Source of the DNA: Carpediemonas membranifera BICM
Lineage: Eukaryota > Protista > Fornicata
Assembly (NCBI GenBank): GCA_019828565.1
Contig: JAHDYR010000038.1
Coordinates: forward strand, 939,782-1,003,781
Direction of reading: 5' to 3'
Length of the DNA: 64,000 nucleotides
A program made the translations under genes and the position numbers. This document shows positions 51,245 through 63,765 of the stretch, in pieces (the first letter of the stretch is position 1; each line of letters begins with the position of its first letter). The notes beneath the pieces are model-generated. The model saw only the letters and a list, made by a program, of their open reading frames with translations. It was not told where the DNA came from and did not search any database.

Positions 51245-54200
51245 TTAGTCCAGAACATCCCAACTCGCGTTTTCAAGGGGCGCCCATCTTCGAAAATGGA
51301 CCCGACCCAGCATCATATTTATCGAACGGCGAGGGGGACAGACATGGGAACGCGTGCTAGACAAATACATAACAATCGCGTGTTGGGCGGGGTGGTGTCT
51401 GACACTTGGGTCCAATAAATGGTCCGTCGGGGGGATGGGAAGCCGGAGAATTATTGAAGCTCTATCTCTGCCTCCCCTTCTGAATCGCGTTACAAGACAG
51501 AGTCTAGCGTCGTCTGACGGAGCTGCTTCAGCCCGAATGGCAGACGCTTGTTCGGCACGGCGACGTAAAAGAGCAAAAAAGAACAGCCCCGCGATAGGTC
51601 GACTCTCCAGGTCTGTCTCGCCCACCTGCTGCACTACAGGGACTCCTTTGTCGTCAATACCGAAGTCGTAGACAGCTGGTACCATCTTGTCGTCCACCTT
51701 GATCGTGAAGGAGGGGGCGACGCGGATCGTCCCCGTGACCCTGCCGAGCGTCCAGAGTGCCAGCATGATGACCTCCATGTTAGTGTAGCTTGTGTTCTCG
51801 ATGCCCTTGGCCAAGTTCTCGAGATTGGTCGACCCGTCTGGTCCCGTCGAGGGGCTTCGGAAGGTGTGGAAAGCACATGATCCGTCCATCGGCACCGAGA
51901 AGACAAGCGCATTGCAGCGCTGTGCCAGCGTGTCTAGCCTCCCCAGGGTCGACTTACGCGGCTTGTTAAGGCCGGTCAGGTCCTTAACCTGCGTGACGGT
52001 GTCTCCGGCAACTCGCTTCAGGACGCGACTGCTCGGAGGGACGAAGTCGTGCTTGGGCTGCACTGAGGGCAATCTTGTGATGTTAGGCTCCTCCTTACGT
52101 GCGACCACAGGCTCGGCTTGCTCGACATCGGGGGGCGAATGGGTTGTTTTGGGCTCCCCCTGAGATGATGTCGCGGACTCGGCCTACGTGGATGATGAGG
52201 TACTGCGACCGTTGTCTGTGTCGCGTGCAGAGTCGAGCTGCTCTATTGAGGCAATTGAGCAGCCGCGGAGGCAGTCGGCGACCATCGACTTGGCCCCCCT
52301 AAAGAGTGTGCACTGCAGACCCGCGAGTACAAACGAGGCCTGCTTCGCAGAGAAGATGTCTGTGATCAGCGTCCGGAAGGCCCGGTCGATGACGCCGTTG
52401 GAGGCCAACATCAGGGGTTTGACGTCAGCGCCGGCGTGCTGCCTGGCCTTGTCCCTGGAGCGTCTGGCGAAGCTGCACTCCTCTAGGCGATGCACCACTG
52501 TGAGATCGAAGTGCTCTGGCTTCAGTGGGGTCGCGTTTCGCCGCAGGGTGAAGTCGATCCGGGGTGTCCCGTAGACTGTGTGCGGCTCGTAGTTCAGCAC
52601 CTCGGCTGACTTCGGCAGCAGTGATAGGAAGACGCGGTTGAGCTGGTCGTGCATCTTAGTCCGAGCCGACATCGAGTTTCTGCAGTTGATGTGGTGGTCG
52701 TAGGACGTGACACAGTTGCATCTTGAGCAAAACAGCTTGGCCTCGCCCGCGAAGTCAGCGTAGCGGCTCTGGATCGCTGCGCGGAAGACTGCGTTGTCCA
52801 TCTCGGTCAGCTTGGACGTTGGATAGGCGCTGAGCCAGGCTCCGGAACCATGCTCCTGCAGTTGCTTAACGACGCTTCGCACCCTCTCCGGCATCTTGCG
52901 GATCTTCAGCCGGTAGTGGTCCTCGCCTATACGGCTCAGAACAGCTGTCAGGTCGGCCTGCTTGAGGCCGATGCCCGACTCGTCAAGCCGCGCGAGGCTT
53001 ATCGCGTGCACGTCCCGAACGTCAGGGATGCCGAGCCCGCCATGGCGGATCGGCAGGGGGATGACATGGCACGCGACATCAACCGAAAGGCCACACGCCT
53101 CAGCGATCAGGCGGTTCTTGGCGGCGTCGAAGTTCTGGAGGATGTGCGCGGCCTTGCGTCCGACGAACGCGTTGTGCTCTCTCGGCATCCGGAGCGCGTG
53201 CACTAACCTGGGCATGATGCAGTCGCGGATCAGGGTGACGGCTGCCTGGAGAGGGAGGTTACGCAGTAGGTCGCGTATCGCGTCCAGCTGCTTCTGGAAA
53301 AGCCCGTTCAGCTTCATGCAGCGCTCGTCAGCGTCGGCGCCCGGGAAGTGACCCATGATATTCGTCGTCGTAAAGGTCGTGAGGCCATGATCCGGGTGGA
53401 CGATCGACTCTTTCCCGGCCAGCCAGAAGCTCTTCGCCTCCTTGTGCAGCATGGCGAACCGATGGGATTGTCACGTTGTGTTAGCTGTCCCAATCAGTTC
53501 TTTTATGATTGGTCAATGATCATCAAAGTCAATTTAAAGTTAGTTCATCGTTTCCCTTCGGTGTTCCTGTCCCCTGCCCGTCACAGGGATCTGTCGGTAT
53601 CCGAGTCAGCCAACGTGATATCGTCCATATACATGGTCTCACTTGGCACACGCGACCCGAACTCGTTCTTTGCCTGCGTCACGGGTGTGACCAACACCAG
53701 ACAGAAGAGGAGTGGCGAGAGGGGTCGCCCTGGCGGACGCCCTGCTTAGCCTCAAGCACGTGGTCACCGAATGCTCTGAGATCTTCGTCGTAGAGATGAA
53801 GCATATACGACTTGAGACTGGCGTCGGCGTTGAGTGCCTCGATCGTGGCCCGGATGGCTGGTCTAGAAACGCTGTTGAAGGCGTTCTCCAGGTCGACAGA
53901 GAGCACATCCTTGCCCTGCTCGATGGCCTCTTGGATCCGAATTGCGGTGCGGGTGGACCCCTCGGGGAGGAAGGCCGCCTGATTCGGGCCCGTGGCCTGG
54001 GCTAGCTGCGGGATAAGCTGTCTGGCGACGATGCCGTTCAGCATTCGCAGCAGCGCCGAGCATACGACTATGGGTCGCCACGTGTTGTCACCCTTCGGGA
54101 GCAGTGAGAGTCGACCGGTGAGGCAGACTCTTGGAATCCGCTCCGGCGACTTCAGCCAGACGTTAATAGGGCTGCAATCGTCTTGATGGTTGCGGGGTCG

Positions 54201-54540
54201 TCGCGTACCAGGTGCTTTATACACTCGGGACGGATCCAGTCAGGGCCACTGCTGGAGGTGTCGTCGATGCGCATAGCGGCCTGGCAGACCATATCCTCGC
54301 TCACCTTAGGGAGGGAGACGTGGAGGTGGTCTGGTAGCTCGATCGTCGGGCATGGCGGGGCGTCGGTTGGGTGGAGGGCCTGGGCGTGGGCGAGGGTCGG
54401 GGTGCGTCGCGTGTGCTCTGAAGCGAACGCGGCCATGGCCTTGCCCGGCCGACCATTGCGGAGGAAGAAGAGAGCCCGGTTGTTCTTGTGAACGTTGTGG
54501 TCGGCCTTGGAGATCATCACTGGCGAGGTTCGGTCCCGAC
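51245..54540 (-). mobile_element. CRE/R2-type non-LTR retrotransposon (RT plus restriction-like endonuclease, OTU-like tail), 5' interrupted by a Gypsy LTR
   Basis: SGPDW, WRPIVV, DLENAFNSVSR, GVRQGDP, YMDD, GGLGI, CSRC..HHINC, R..MHD, RIDF, FDLTVV, K...H. Confidence 0.9.
53469..53585 (+). mobile_element. 117-bp solo LTR with 5-bp TSD (GGGAT)
   Basis: TGTCAC...GTCACA, identical to 60759-60875, flanked by GGGAT at 53464-53468 and 53586-53590. Confidence 0.95.
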
Positions 54541-55650
54541 TGTAGTGTCGCGTATACATTATATATTGGGTCTCGTTTAGTCATGTCGACACCCATTGTG
54601 TCGACTCTATAAATCACTCTCCTTGCCATTTGTGTTTTCCAACACCACAGTAATTACTGCGCAGTCATGTTTAATGCAAATGCTCTGGATCTGTTTTCAG
54701 CCCCTTATCTCGATGGAATGACCGCCTCCCAATGGCAGACTTTCCGAGAGGCTTATTATGCATATCGCTCCCGCGGTGGTACTATCCCCGTCCGTAACTT
54801 AATCTCCCGTACGACGTGGGAACTCATGTGCCTCCGTGATCCCGGCCTTCTCCTCGTTCCACGCCCCGTTGACGTCCAAGAAGCCCACGATCTCGCTGTC
54901 GTCGATGAAGATGATGTGGACGATGACGCTTCTTCTTCTTCGTCGGACAGTTCCTCTGACGACGAAGCTCCCGAGGAGGCGCCGCTTCCTTGCCTCCAAG
55001 GAGATCAAGAAACCTGCCGTATCATCAGCCGCATCAACGCCATCTACCAACCCATGGACCGGCGCGAAGCCATGGACCGCTTCGAGCGCATCCACTGCGC
55101 CCAGAAAGGTTCGATCCACGACAACGTGCTTCGTTACGTTTTCGCATACCAACAGCAGCTCGAGAACTGCGCCTCCGTCCGGCCCAAGGTCAAACAACTA
55201 GTTAAGACCTTTGTGACCAACTTGCAGCCTGAACGCCTGCGTGACCGCGTGCTGACATTTGCTCAGCCGCACGACCTGATGGTCACGTTCGCGGCCGCGA
55301 TCGAACAGTCACGCCACCTCGAGCAGGTGAGCCGCGAGGGCCCTCACCTGAATCCTCGGGCCGAAGTCCGCGCCGCGCCCGACCACAAGAAGGTCAAGTT
55401 GTGCCGTATGCTAGGCAAAAAGGTAAAGGTGGTTTTATCTGGCAAAACTCAATGACTCGGCAGCAAGGAGACAGGAAACGCCACAAAGTGCGCCTTTTGC
55501 GGAAAGGCTGGACACACGCAGGAGAAGTGCTTTAAGCGGGAGAGGGAGTTGAAGAAGGGCGGCAATAAAAGCCGTGCCTATTCAGAGTTTCTTACAGCAG
55601 TCACAGTAGCCCCAGTGCGCGAGAGTCGGGTGAAGGCTGCCGAATTAACC
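54541..55650 (+). mobile_element. Gypsy 5' LTR (54541-54649) plus gag with a CCHC knuckle
   Basis: TGTAG...CCACA, then gag at 54667 homologous to the gag at 60909 (NCASVRPK/NCAHVRPK). CAFCGKAGHTQEKC follows a frameshift. Confidence 0.8.
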
Positions 55651-55659
55651 GTTCACCCC

Positions 55660-58600
55660 GCCTGGGAGAATCATGTGTTACCTTACCTCACGCAGGACCG
55701 AACCAAGTCCACAATCGAGGCCGTATCTCGTCTCATGGCTGAGACCGAGGAGCTGCGCTCCCACGCCCATGCCCTTCTCAACTCCGAGCTCGGCGCCAAG
55801 CCAGAGCCCGAGCCCGCCGAGGTGGATGAAGACGAGGCCGCCCTCAGCAAGGTCATCACCCAGAAGCCAGACAGCACGCCGAGTGAGCAGGACACCCCGA
55901 GAAAAGCCAGCCCCACCCGCGGACTCGATAAGATCATCGCCAAAGCTTTTATCGCCGCCCTTCGCCCGGTCTCACTTGCCAACCGTATTCAGCAAAAGTG
56001 GGACCTCTCTGGCGCCCGGGACATCGATAGCTTATTTGTGCACACGCGCGAGCTCATACTGCACGCCATTGACGCCCGCGAAGTCCTCGGAAGCGTGATT
56101 CAAGACATATCCATCACATCCTCCAGCACGAGCTCCAGCACGAGCTCCAGCACTGGCCCGAAACATAGCCAGAACGCCAACACCAGATCCCGCCGCGAGC
56201 GCCGGCGCCCTCCTCCATACGCGTGCTCGTGTGGAGGCATGCACTGGAAGGCTGATTGCCCGCACCGCGGCAGCACGCCCGGACAGCCCCAGGCTACCAA
56301 AGGCCACCCCGCCGCGGCCCGCGACGCCAGACCGGCACCTCAGCCGCAACGCCAGCCCCAAGCGGCCAACAAACCGGCTCAGCCACAGCCGGCACCAGCT
56401 GCTCAGAAGCAGCAGCAACAGTCATCCCAGCAGCCACAGCCTCGCCCCGACGAGAGACGCGCTGGGAACATGGTGCTCCGGGACAGATCCAAGCTGATCA
56501 ACTCTCGTCCAGGAGTCCACGAAGTCGAAGTCGCACACAATGCTTGTGATGATGCCTTTATCGAAGAAGTTGCCGCTTCAACTGCATTCTCAGTTAAGGG
56601 AGCTGTGAATGACCAAGAACAGGTGATATTGATCGATAGCGGCTCCGCAATCACGATCATCTCCACAACCTCCGTTAAGACGCTCCAACTCGTCACACAT
56701 GAGCTTGAAAAGCCATTTACTGTTCAGTCCGTTACCAATGAGCCCATCCTCATCACTCACTACGTCCAAGCGCGGATCACGTTGCCCAGCACATCTGGAA
56801 ACGTCATCATCGATCTCATCCTCTACATCATGACGCGCGCCACTGAACGTGTGCTCATTGGATGCGACGTGCTTCGCACACTCGGTTATCTCTCCGAGAG
56901 TGGCCTCCACATCGCACTTCTTCCGGATTCACGCCCGGAGGACGCCACCGATGGCCTCCCACTCCACAAGTACCTCGACGCCCCCGTCGAGGCCGTCTCC
57001 TCAAGCGAGTTTCACACCGACGCGTGTGAGATACACGAGCTCTCCACCAAGGCCCAGACCGACGAGCTACATTCGATCCTCCGTCGGTTCGATCACCTAT
57101 TCGACCCCGTCATAAGCAAACAGCCGTGCTCGTTTGCCCCTATGCGCATCCCGCTTTACGACAACGCCCCTCCGATCCGTCTTCGCCCGCGCAACCTACA
57201 CCCGAAGAAGCTGGAGTGGCTGTTGCCATACGTCGAGCGCCTGCGCCAGGACGAGATCACACAGCCCTCTGAGGGGCCTTACGCAAGCCCCATCGTCCTG
57301 GTCGCAAAGGGCGACGCCTACCGTCTCTGTATCGACTACGGCCGCCTCAACTCTTGGACAGTACCCGACCGGCACCCGATCCCCAACATGCGAGAACTCC
57401 TCAACCTCGCGTCGGGCTGCACACGCTTTGCGACGCTAGACCTGACGTCGGGCTACTGGCAGGTGGCCATGCACCCAGACGACGTGCCTAAGACGGCCTT
57501 CACCGCCCCGGGCGTCTACGAGGAATTCCTCAGGATGCCGTTCGGCCTTTTGCAACGCGCCTTCTCACTTCCAGCGGGAGATCGAAGGCATGCTCGCCCC
57601 ACTGTTGTACAAGGGCGCCAACCCCTACATCGACGACATATTCATCTACGCCCGTGACGATGACTCCTTCCTACGCATTCTCCGCGACCTGCTCACACGC
57701 GCGGACGCTGCAGGCGTTCAGTTCAGTGCCAAGAAGGGAGTCTTCGGCACCACCAGCGCCAAGATTGTCGGCTTTACGGTCGACCAGGCCGGAGTACACG
57801 TCGACCCAGCCAGGACCCAAGCCCTACGCGATCTACCTGCACCCACCAACGTCCACGAGCTTCGCGTAGTCCTCGGACAGTTCCAGTACCTCGCATCATT
57901 CGTTCCCCATACACGACACGAGTACATGAGACCTCTCAACGATCTTCTGCAAAAGGACCGTCTGTGGGAATGGACAGCGGAGCACGACGCCGCTTTCGAC
58001 GGCCTGAAGACCCTGTTCACTGACGATCTCTTTATCGCACATCCGGACGCCGACGCCGACTGGACGCTCAAGACAGACGCTAGCAACATCGGAGCAGGCG
58101 GCATACTATGGCAGACAAAGGACGACAAGACACAGATCCTCGCCTACTTCTCTCACACATTCACGTCAACCCAGTCGCGCTGGGCCACGTGTGAGCAGGA
58201 GCTATTTGCCATTGTCTTTTGCCTCACACACCCGACCCTGTCACCCCTCCTACGCCTGAAGAGGTTCCTCCTACGGACCGACCACCGTAATCTTATTTAC
58301 ATGATCGCCAAGTCATCCGAGAACGACAAGATCAACCGGTGGAGACTGACATTAGCAGACTACAAGTTCGATGTCGAGCACGTTCCCGGCCTACAGAACG
58401 CAGTCGCAGACGCGCTGAGCCGCTGCGGTCACTCGACCTCGCCCACTGTCGCAGCCATCACGACTGACTCCCGCTACCATGACACACTCATCAAACACCA
58501 GACAGACGACTCGACCGTCTCCAAGCTGACCGTAGACAGCGACGGTCTTCGCCGCAAGGACGGCCTCGTCGTCATCCCTACTTCAACCGTGTGCAGACCC

Positions 58601-59924
58601 CTCCGAAAGGAGCTGATACAGATCGCCCACAGAGGACACCACGGCGCCAAGGCTACCATCGAACGCCTGAGAGCAGACGGCTATACCTGGACAGGCTGCA
58701 CAGCAGATGTCGAGGAGTTCGTCGCCTCATGTGACGAGTGCCAGAAAGCTCGCCTACGCAACTTCGCCGAGGCAGAGCTCCGCACAACAGCAGTGTACAA
58801 ACCGTTCCACACTGTCGCAGTGGATACTATTGGTCCAATCCCGGCAGACGCAGTCGGCTCCAGATACATCACTGTTATGGTCGATATGTTTACTCGCTAC
58901 ACTGAGTTGGCCGCGACGGACGAGAACACAGCTGATGCAGCGTCAGAGGCCCTCTGGCGCCAGGTGATTACACGTCATGGGACTCCCCTGTTCATCAAGT
59001 CCGACAACGGGCCTGAGTTCACCGGCAACGTCGTCAAGGCCCTGCTCGAAAGCGCGGACATCACCCAGCATTCACCCTCCCCTACCACCCTCAGTCGAAT
59101 GGGCTGGTAGAGCGTCGTAACGCGGAGGTCATGAAGCATCTTCGCTGTTTGATCCTCCAATTCGACAAGTTCTCCCGTTGGAGCGACCTCCTTCCGGTAG
59201 TTCAGCTGCTGCTGAACACAACCACCTGCAGCGCCACTGGGGTCACACCCCACGCCATGCTGTATGGAGACCAACTCGACCCCAGCTCCACAGTCGCTAG
59301 AATCCTCCGACCGAGCGAAAATGACTCGCCCCTTGCCTCAGCCTCAGCCTACATCACTTTACTTCGAGCACACCTCTCCAAGTTGACCTCTAGGGCGGCC
59401 GAGAAGCAGCGCGAGACTGTAGACAAGCGCCTCGCCAAGGCTAACGCCGACCGCCAGCCGACTAGCTTCAAGGAAGGCGACCTCGTCCTGCTCAACCGGA
59501 CGAAGACCCCAAAGCTGCATGGCTTCGCCGGCCCGTTCAAGATTCTCGCCATCAAGGACAACAACACCCTTCAGCTGGTCGACCTTTTCGAGAGCGCCCC
59601 CTTCATGGCTCACGTAGACCAGGTCCTTCCTTTCAACACCAAGTCGGGGCTCAGCCGCCTGAAGAACCTCGCCGCCTCCGACGAGCAGACGTACGTCGTG
59701 CAAGGCATCGAGAAGCACCGTCGCCGTAACGGCACACTGCAGCTCCTCGTCTGCTGGGAGGGCGACTACGATCCCACATGGGAACCCGCTGACGGGCTCC
59801 GCCACGTCACTGCGGCACGTGACTACCTCAAGTCCCACAAGCTCAAGCTTAAGGGGGGTAGGATGTCATAAGGCATCCACGTCCGCAGTTTATGTAAATG
59901 TTCCAATCTCTTCGCCCCGGCACA
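55660..59924 (+). mobile_element. Chromodomain-bearing Ty3/Gypsy gag-pol with PPT and a short 3' LTR beginning at 59864
   Basis: LIDSGS protease, YIDD RT, TDAS RNase H, H..H/CDEC, DTIGP/SDNG/VER integrase, chromodomain YVVQGI...LVCWEG...TWEP, and PPT AAGGGGGGTAGGA before TGTCA. Confidence 0.95.
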
Positions 59925-60758
59925 ACCGGCAACCAGCAGTGAGGCCCCGACAGTGGCCCCAGGGCCCGGAGGGGAGAAGACGATCACCATGGTGCCGAAG
60001 CGGAAGAAGAAGACCAAGGCCAAGAAGCAAAGGATGGCCACCCAACCCAACCCGATGATGGACGCCATGGCCCAGTTCATGAACATGATGGCGAGCATGC
60101 AGAGCCAGATGGGCCTACAGGAACAGGGCACAGGCGACAGTGACAGTGATAGCCAAATGGAGAGCGAGTAATCAGGGTAAAGCAGTATTCTTTCAGTGAC
60201 AGGTAACAGTTGTTTTTCTTCTATAATAATAAGCCCTGGCTCCCACCCAGGGCCTGGCATTAGTTTATGGACACTGCCAGTAGGCTGCGACGGCGGCCAA
60301 AGGGGGGGTCACGCCATTGCGCCCCCTCCTAAATGCGCCTGCCTGACGATGGAAGGTCACCAGGAATTGCGGAAGCTGGCCTACCCAGGGACACTGAGGC
60401 CGGCACTGAGGGGCCCAGGGTAGGACAGGGACTTACACAGACAAAATTTTCCGAAATTCGCAGAATAAGGGGAACGGAGTACAGCAAATGGAAACATTCA
60501 GAATAGTCAGTATGAACACGCAGGGACACATCGGACGCGGAAAAGACTTCACAGCGTCAATAGCTACCGCACTACAAACAAGACTAGGAGATATCGAAGC
60601 CATATGCATACAGGAGACCTGGAGAACGGCAAACACAAGAGTACACCACTTCATCGACTTTGACTATGCGCTAGCAGGGAAAGAAACAGAGGAAGAACTG
60701 GCAACAAGGAACGAAAAGCGGAAGAAGGATGTCCTAAGTCAACACCGCATTAACAGAC
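59925..60758 (+). mobile_element. LINE-type element fragment: probable end of ORF1, spacer, and start of an AP-endonuclease ORF2 (60488), interrupted by an LTR
   Basis: FRIVSMNTQG...ICIQETW is the APE N-terminal signature. Confidence 0.75.
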
Positions 60759-63030
60759 TGTCACGTTGTGTTAGCTGTCCCAATCAGTTCTTTTATGATT
60801 GGTCAATGATCATCAAAGTCAATTTAAAGTTAGTTCATCGTTTCCCTTCGGTGTTCCTGTCCCCTGCCCGTCACAGTTATATATCTTTCGATTAAGGCTA
60901 CTTTCCCGATGAACATTGACGCCCTGTCTAACTTTTTGGCCCCATGGTTGAATTCGGCTAAGCCGAAATCATGGTACTCGTTCCGAGACAAGTACCGTTC
61001 TTTTAACGCCCGCACGAACTCCGAAATTCCGATCTTCAGTCTCATTAGCCCCATTGTTATTCAGCTCCTGGAGCTGAGTGATCCTGAGCTCCATGCCTTC
61101 ATCGCAGAAGCGCGCGCGGCACTTGAATCTCCTCGTGTGCCTGAAGTGGCCGAGGAGAATGTAGGCCAGATCGCTATGGTCGCCGCCGCGCCTGCAGAAG
61201 AAGAAGAGGACGAAGACACGTCTGACGACTCCGACTCATCCTCTTCCGATGATGACGATGAGCTGGCTCCCCCTCCCGAAGACTGGAATGAGGCTTTTAT
61301 TGATCGCGTGAACCGCATCTTCGCCCCCCTTGATAAGCAAGATGCTCTCGACCGGTTCGACGATATCAAGTTCCCCGACGGTAACCTCTACGAGTCCATG
61401 CTAACCTACGTGTTCCTTTACTCGCGGATGATTATGAACTGCGCGCATGTCCGTCCGAAGGAGTCTTCGTTAGTTCAGAAGTTCCTGACCAACGTGCGCG
61501 GAGATCGTCTACGTGAGCGCTGCGCCACCTACAAGGACAAGCGATCGTTTGAACGAACGGCTCAGGCAGCTATTGCGCAAGCCAGAAAGGCTGAGCAAGC
61601 GGAGAGAGAAGGTCGCCGGTCCAAGAGTAAAGGTAAAGGGCAGGCATACGTTGACTTTCTCCTCGCAGCTCTGACCCAAGGTAAGCCTAGCCAAGCCTCT
61701 GCTCGTCCCCTGTTCCCGATCCGCCTCCTGCAGTGCCCCTCATCTGCGTTGTACGACACTGGCGCCACGGCCAACTTTATCTCAGAAGAGCTAGCTTCCT
61801 CGCTGCCCATTGAGCCTTCACTCGAGTCCCATCAGGTCCAGTTGTTCACTGGACAGAAGGTTAATACGACGCATGTAATGACGGCTGACTGTGAGTTCCC
61901 CTCCGCCACTGGCCACAAGCTCACGATCAAGACAAAGTTCATTATCATGCGCGAAAAGCTCCCAGCTCCCACAGTCATTGGGTTCCCCTTGCTCGTGTCC
62001 GCCGGATTGATCCAATTCCCCGCTGACGACCTCATTGTGGAGGTTGGGGATGATTACGACGACATGTTCGATGTGGATGCCCTACATGACGCAACTGAGA
62101 CCACCACACTTACGATCATGAAGTTCGAGGAGCAGATATCGCGAATCTTGCAAGATCTACCTGGCCTCTTCGAGGAAGATCTGTCCGTGACATCAACTCT
62201 GCCCCCTTCAAGGTCAAGACCGAAGACCCAGACAAAGTCATTAACGTCTACCCCTACCGCTATTCCACACCTGTACGGACCGAGATTGTGCGCCAAGTCC
62301 ATGAACTAGAGGCCCAGGGTATCATCCGGAGATCCACATCGGCATTCAACAACCCGATAGTCATGGCTAAGAAGCGGGGCGGAGCCCTACGACTATGCCT
62401 AGATTTCCGAGCCCTCAATCTCATCACCTCGCCCGACAGTCACCTCCTGCCACTGATAGACAACCTCCTGGATCACCTCGAGGGAGCAAAATTCTTCGCG
62501 GCTTTAGACCTGAAATCGGCTTTTCATCAAGTTCCCATGGCTAGTGATAGTTGCAGGTATACTGCCTTCACAGTGGATGGCCTGGGGAAATTTGAGTACT
62601 GCCGCATGCCGTTTGGAATGAAGAATGCCCCTATCCAGTGTCAACGGGCTCTCGAAGCCGTTCTCAGTGACAGCCTGTACACTCAGGCCTTAGCGTACGT
62701 GGACGACGTCATGGTTATGGGAAGGATAGGAACACCTTCTTGAAGAACCTCCGGGACGTTCTGCACAAGCTTCACGCGGCGGGTCTCCGCCTTAACGCTG
62801 CCAAGACAGTCCTCGGTGTCGAAGAAATCGACTACTTAGGATGGAGACTCAATGCACGAGGCCGCAGGATCGCTCCTGATCGCCTCCAGGCGATTCGCGA
62901 CATCAAGCCCCCCACCAACCTGACTGAAGCCCGCTCGGTGCTAGGCCTGGCAAACTACTTCCGCCCCATCATCGAGAGGTATGCCGACATCACAGAGCCA
63001 ATCACTGTGCTCACCAGAGCCACCAGTGCT
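60759..63030 (+). mobile_element. Gypsy element: 5' LTR 60759-60875, gag, protease, RT (frameshifted, truncated)
   Basis: LYDTGATANF, RLCLDFRALN, MPFGMKNAP, YVDD, LGLANYFR. Confidence 0.93.
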
Positions 63031-63049
63031 GGGAGTATGGGGGTCGGCC

Positions 63050-63765
63050 CATGAAGGGATCGAGTTATCATGGGAGGAGCCCCGCAACAGAGACTCGAGA
63101 GAAGAGGACAGAGGCCTGGAACTGCCAGGAGTGCACACCTGGAATATGAAAGAGAGGGAGGGCCGCACAACAATCAAGGAGCTAAACAGAAACAGAACAA
63201 TAGACCAGTGGGAGGAGACAATCAGAGCGTGCCTTGGAAAACCAGTGGAAAAGAGGAAGGCAAAAGGAAGGGAACAGATAATACAGGGCAGTGCATGGGC
63301 TGAACTCCAGCGAACGGAGTGGACGGAAGCCGGCAACAAGGAGAGGGCGAGGATAATGAACAGAGAACTGAAGAAGCATTGGGACAAACGCAGAGAAGAG
63401 TGGATAGCCGACCTCAGCAAAAGCAAAGGGATGCCTGGCAGCCTGCTCAAGGACGAAATGATCACCACGGACAAGACCACGATCAGCGAAATCCTGCTCA
63501 AGCAGTATGTCAAGGTAAGCAGAGGCAGAGAACCAGAGTGGAAGGAATGGCCTGGCAAAGGAGGGGACGAATTCTCCAAGGACGAAGTGAAGTCAGCCAT
63601 CAGTAAGATCAAGAGGGACACAGCCCCGGGTCCAGAGAACACAACAGGGACAATGCTAAGAGAGCTGGATGGTGAAGGCCTTAAGGAGCAAACAAAGTTT
63701 ATGAACAGAGTGTACAGTGAAGGGAAGATCCCGGAATCGTGGAAGTTCGCAACAGTGTCAGCATT
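63050..63765 (+). mobile_element. LINE ORF2 fragment (region upstream of the RT core)
   Basis: A plus-strand frame reads FSKDEVKSAISKIKRDTAPGPE...GKIPESWKFATV. Confidence 0.8.
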
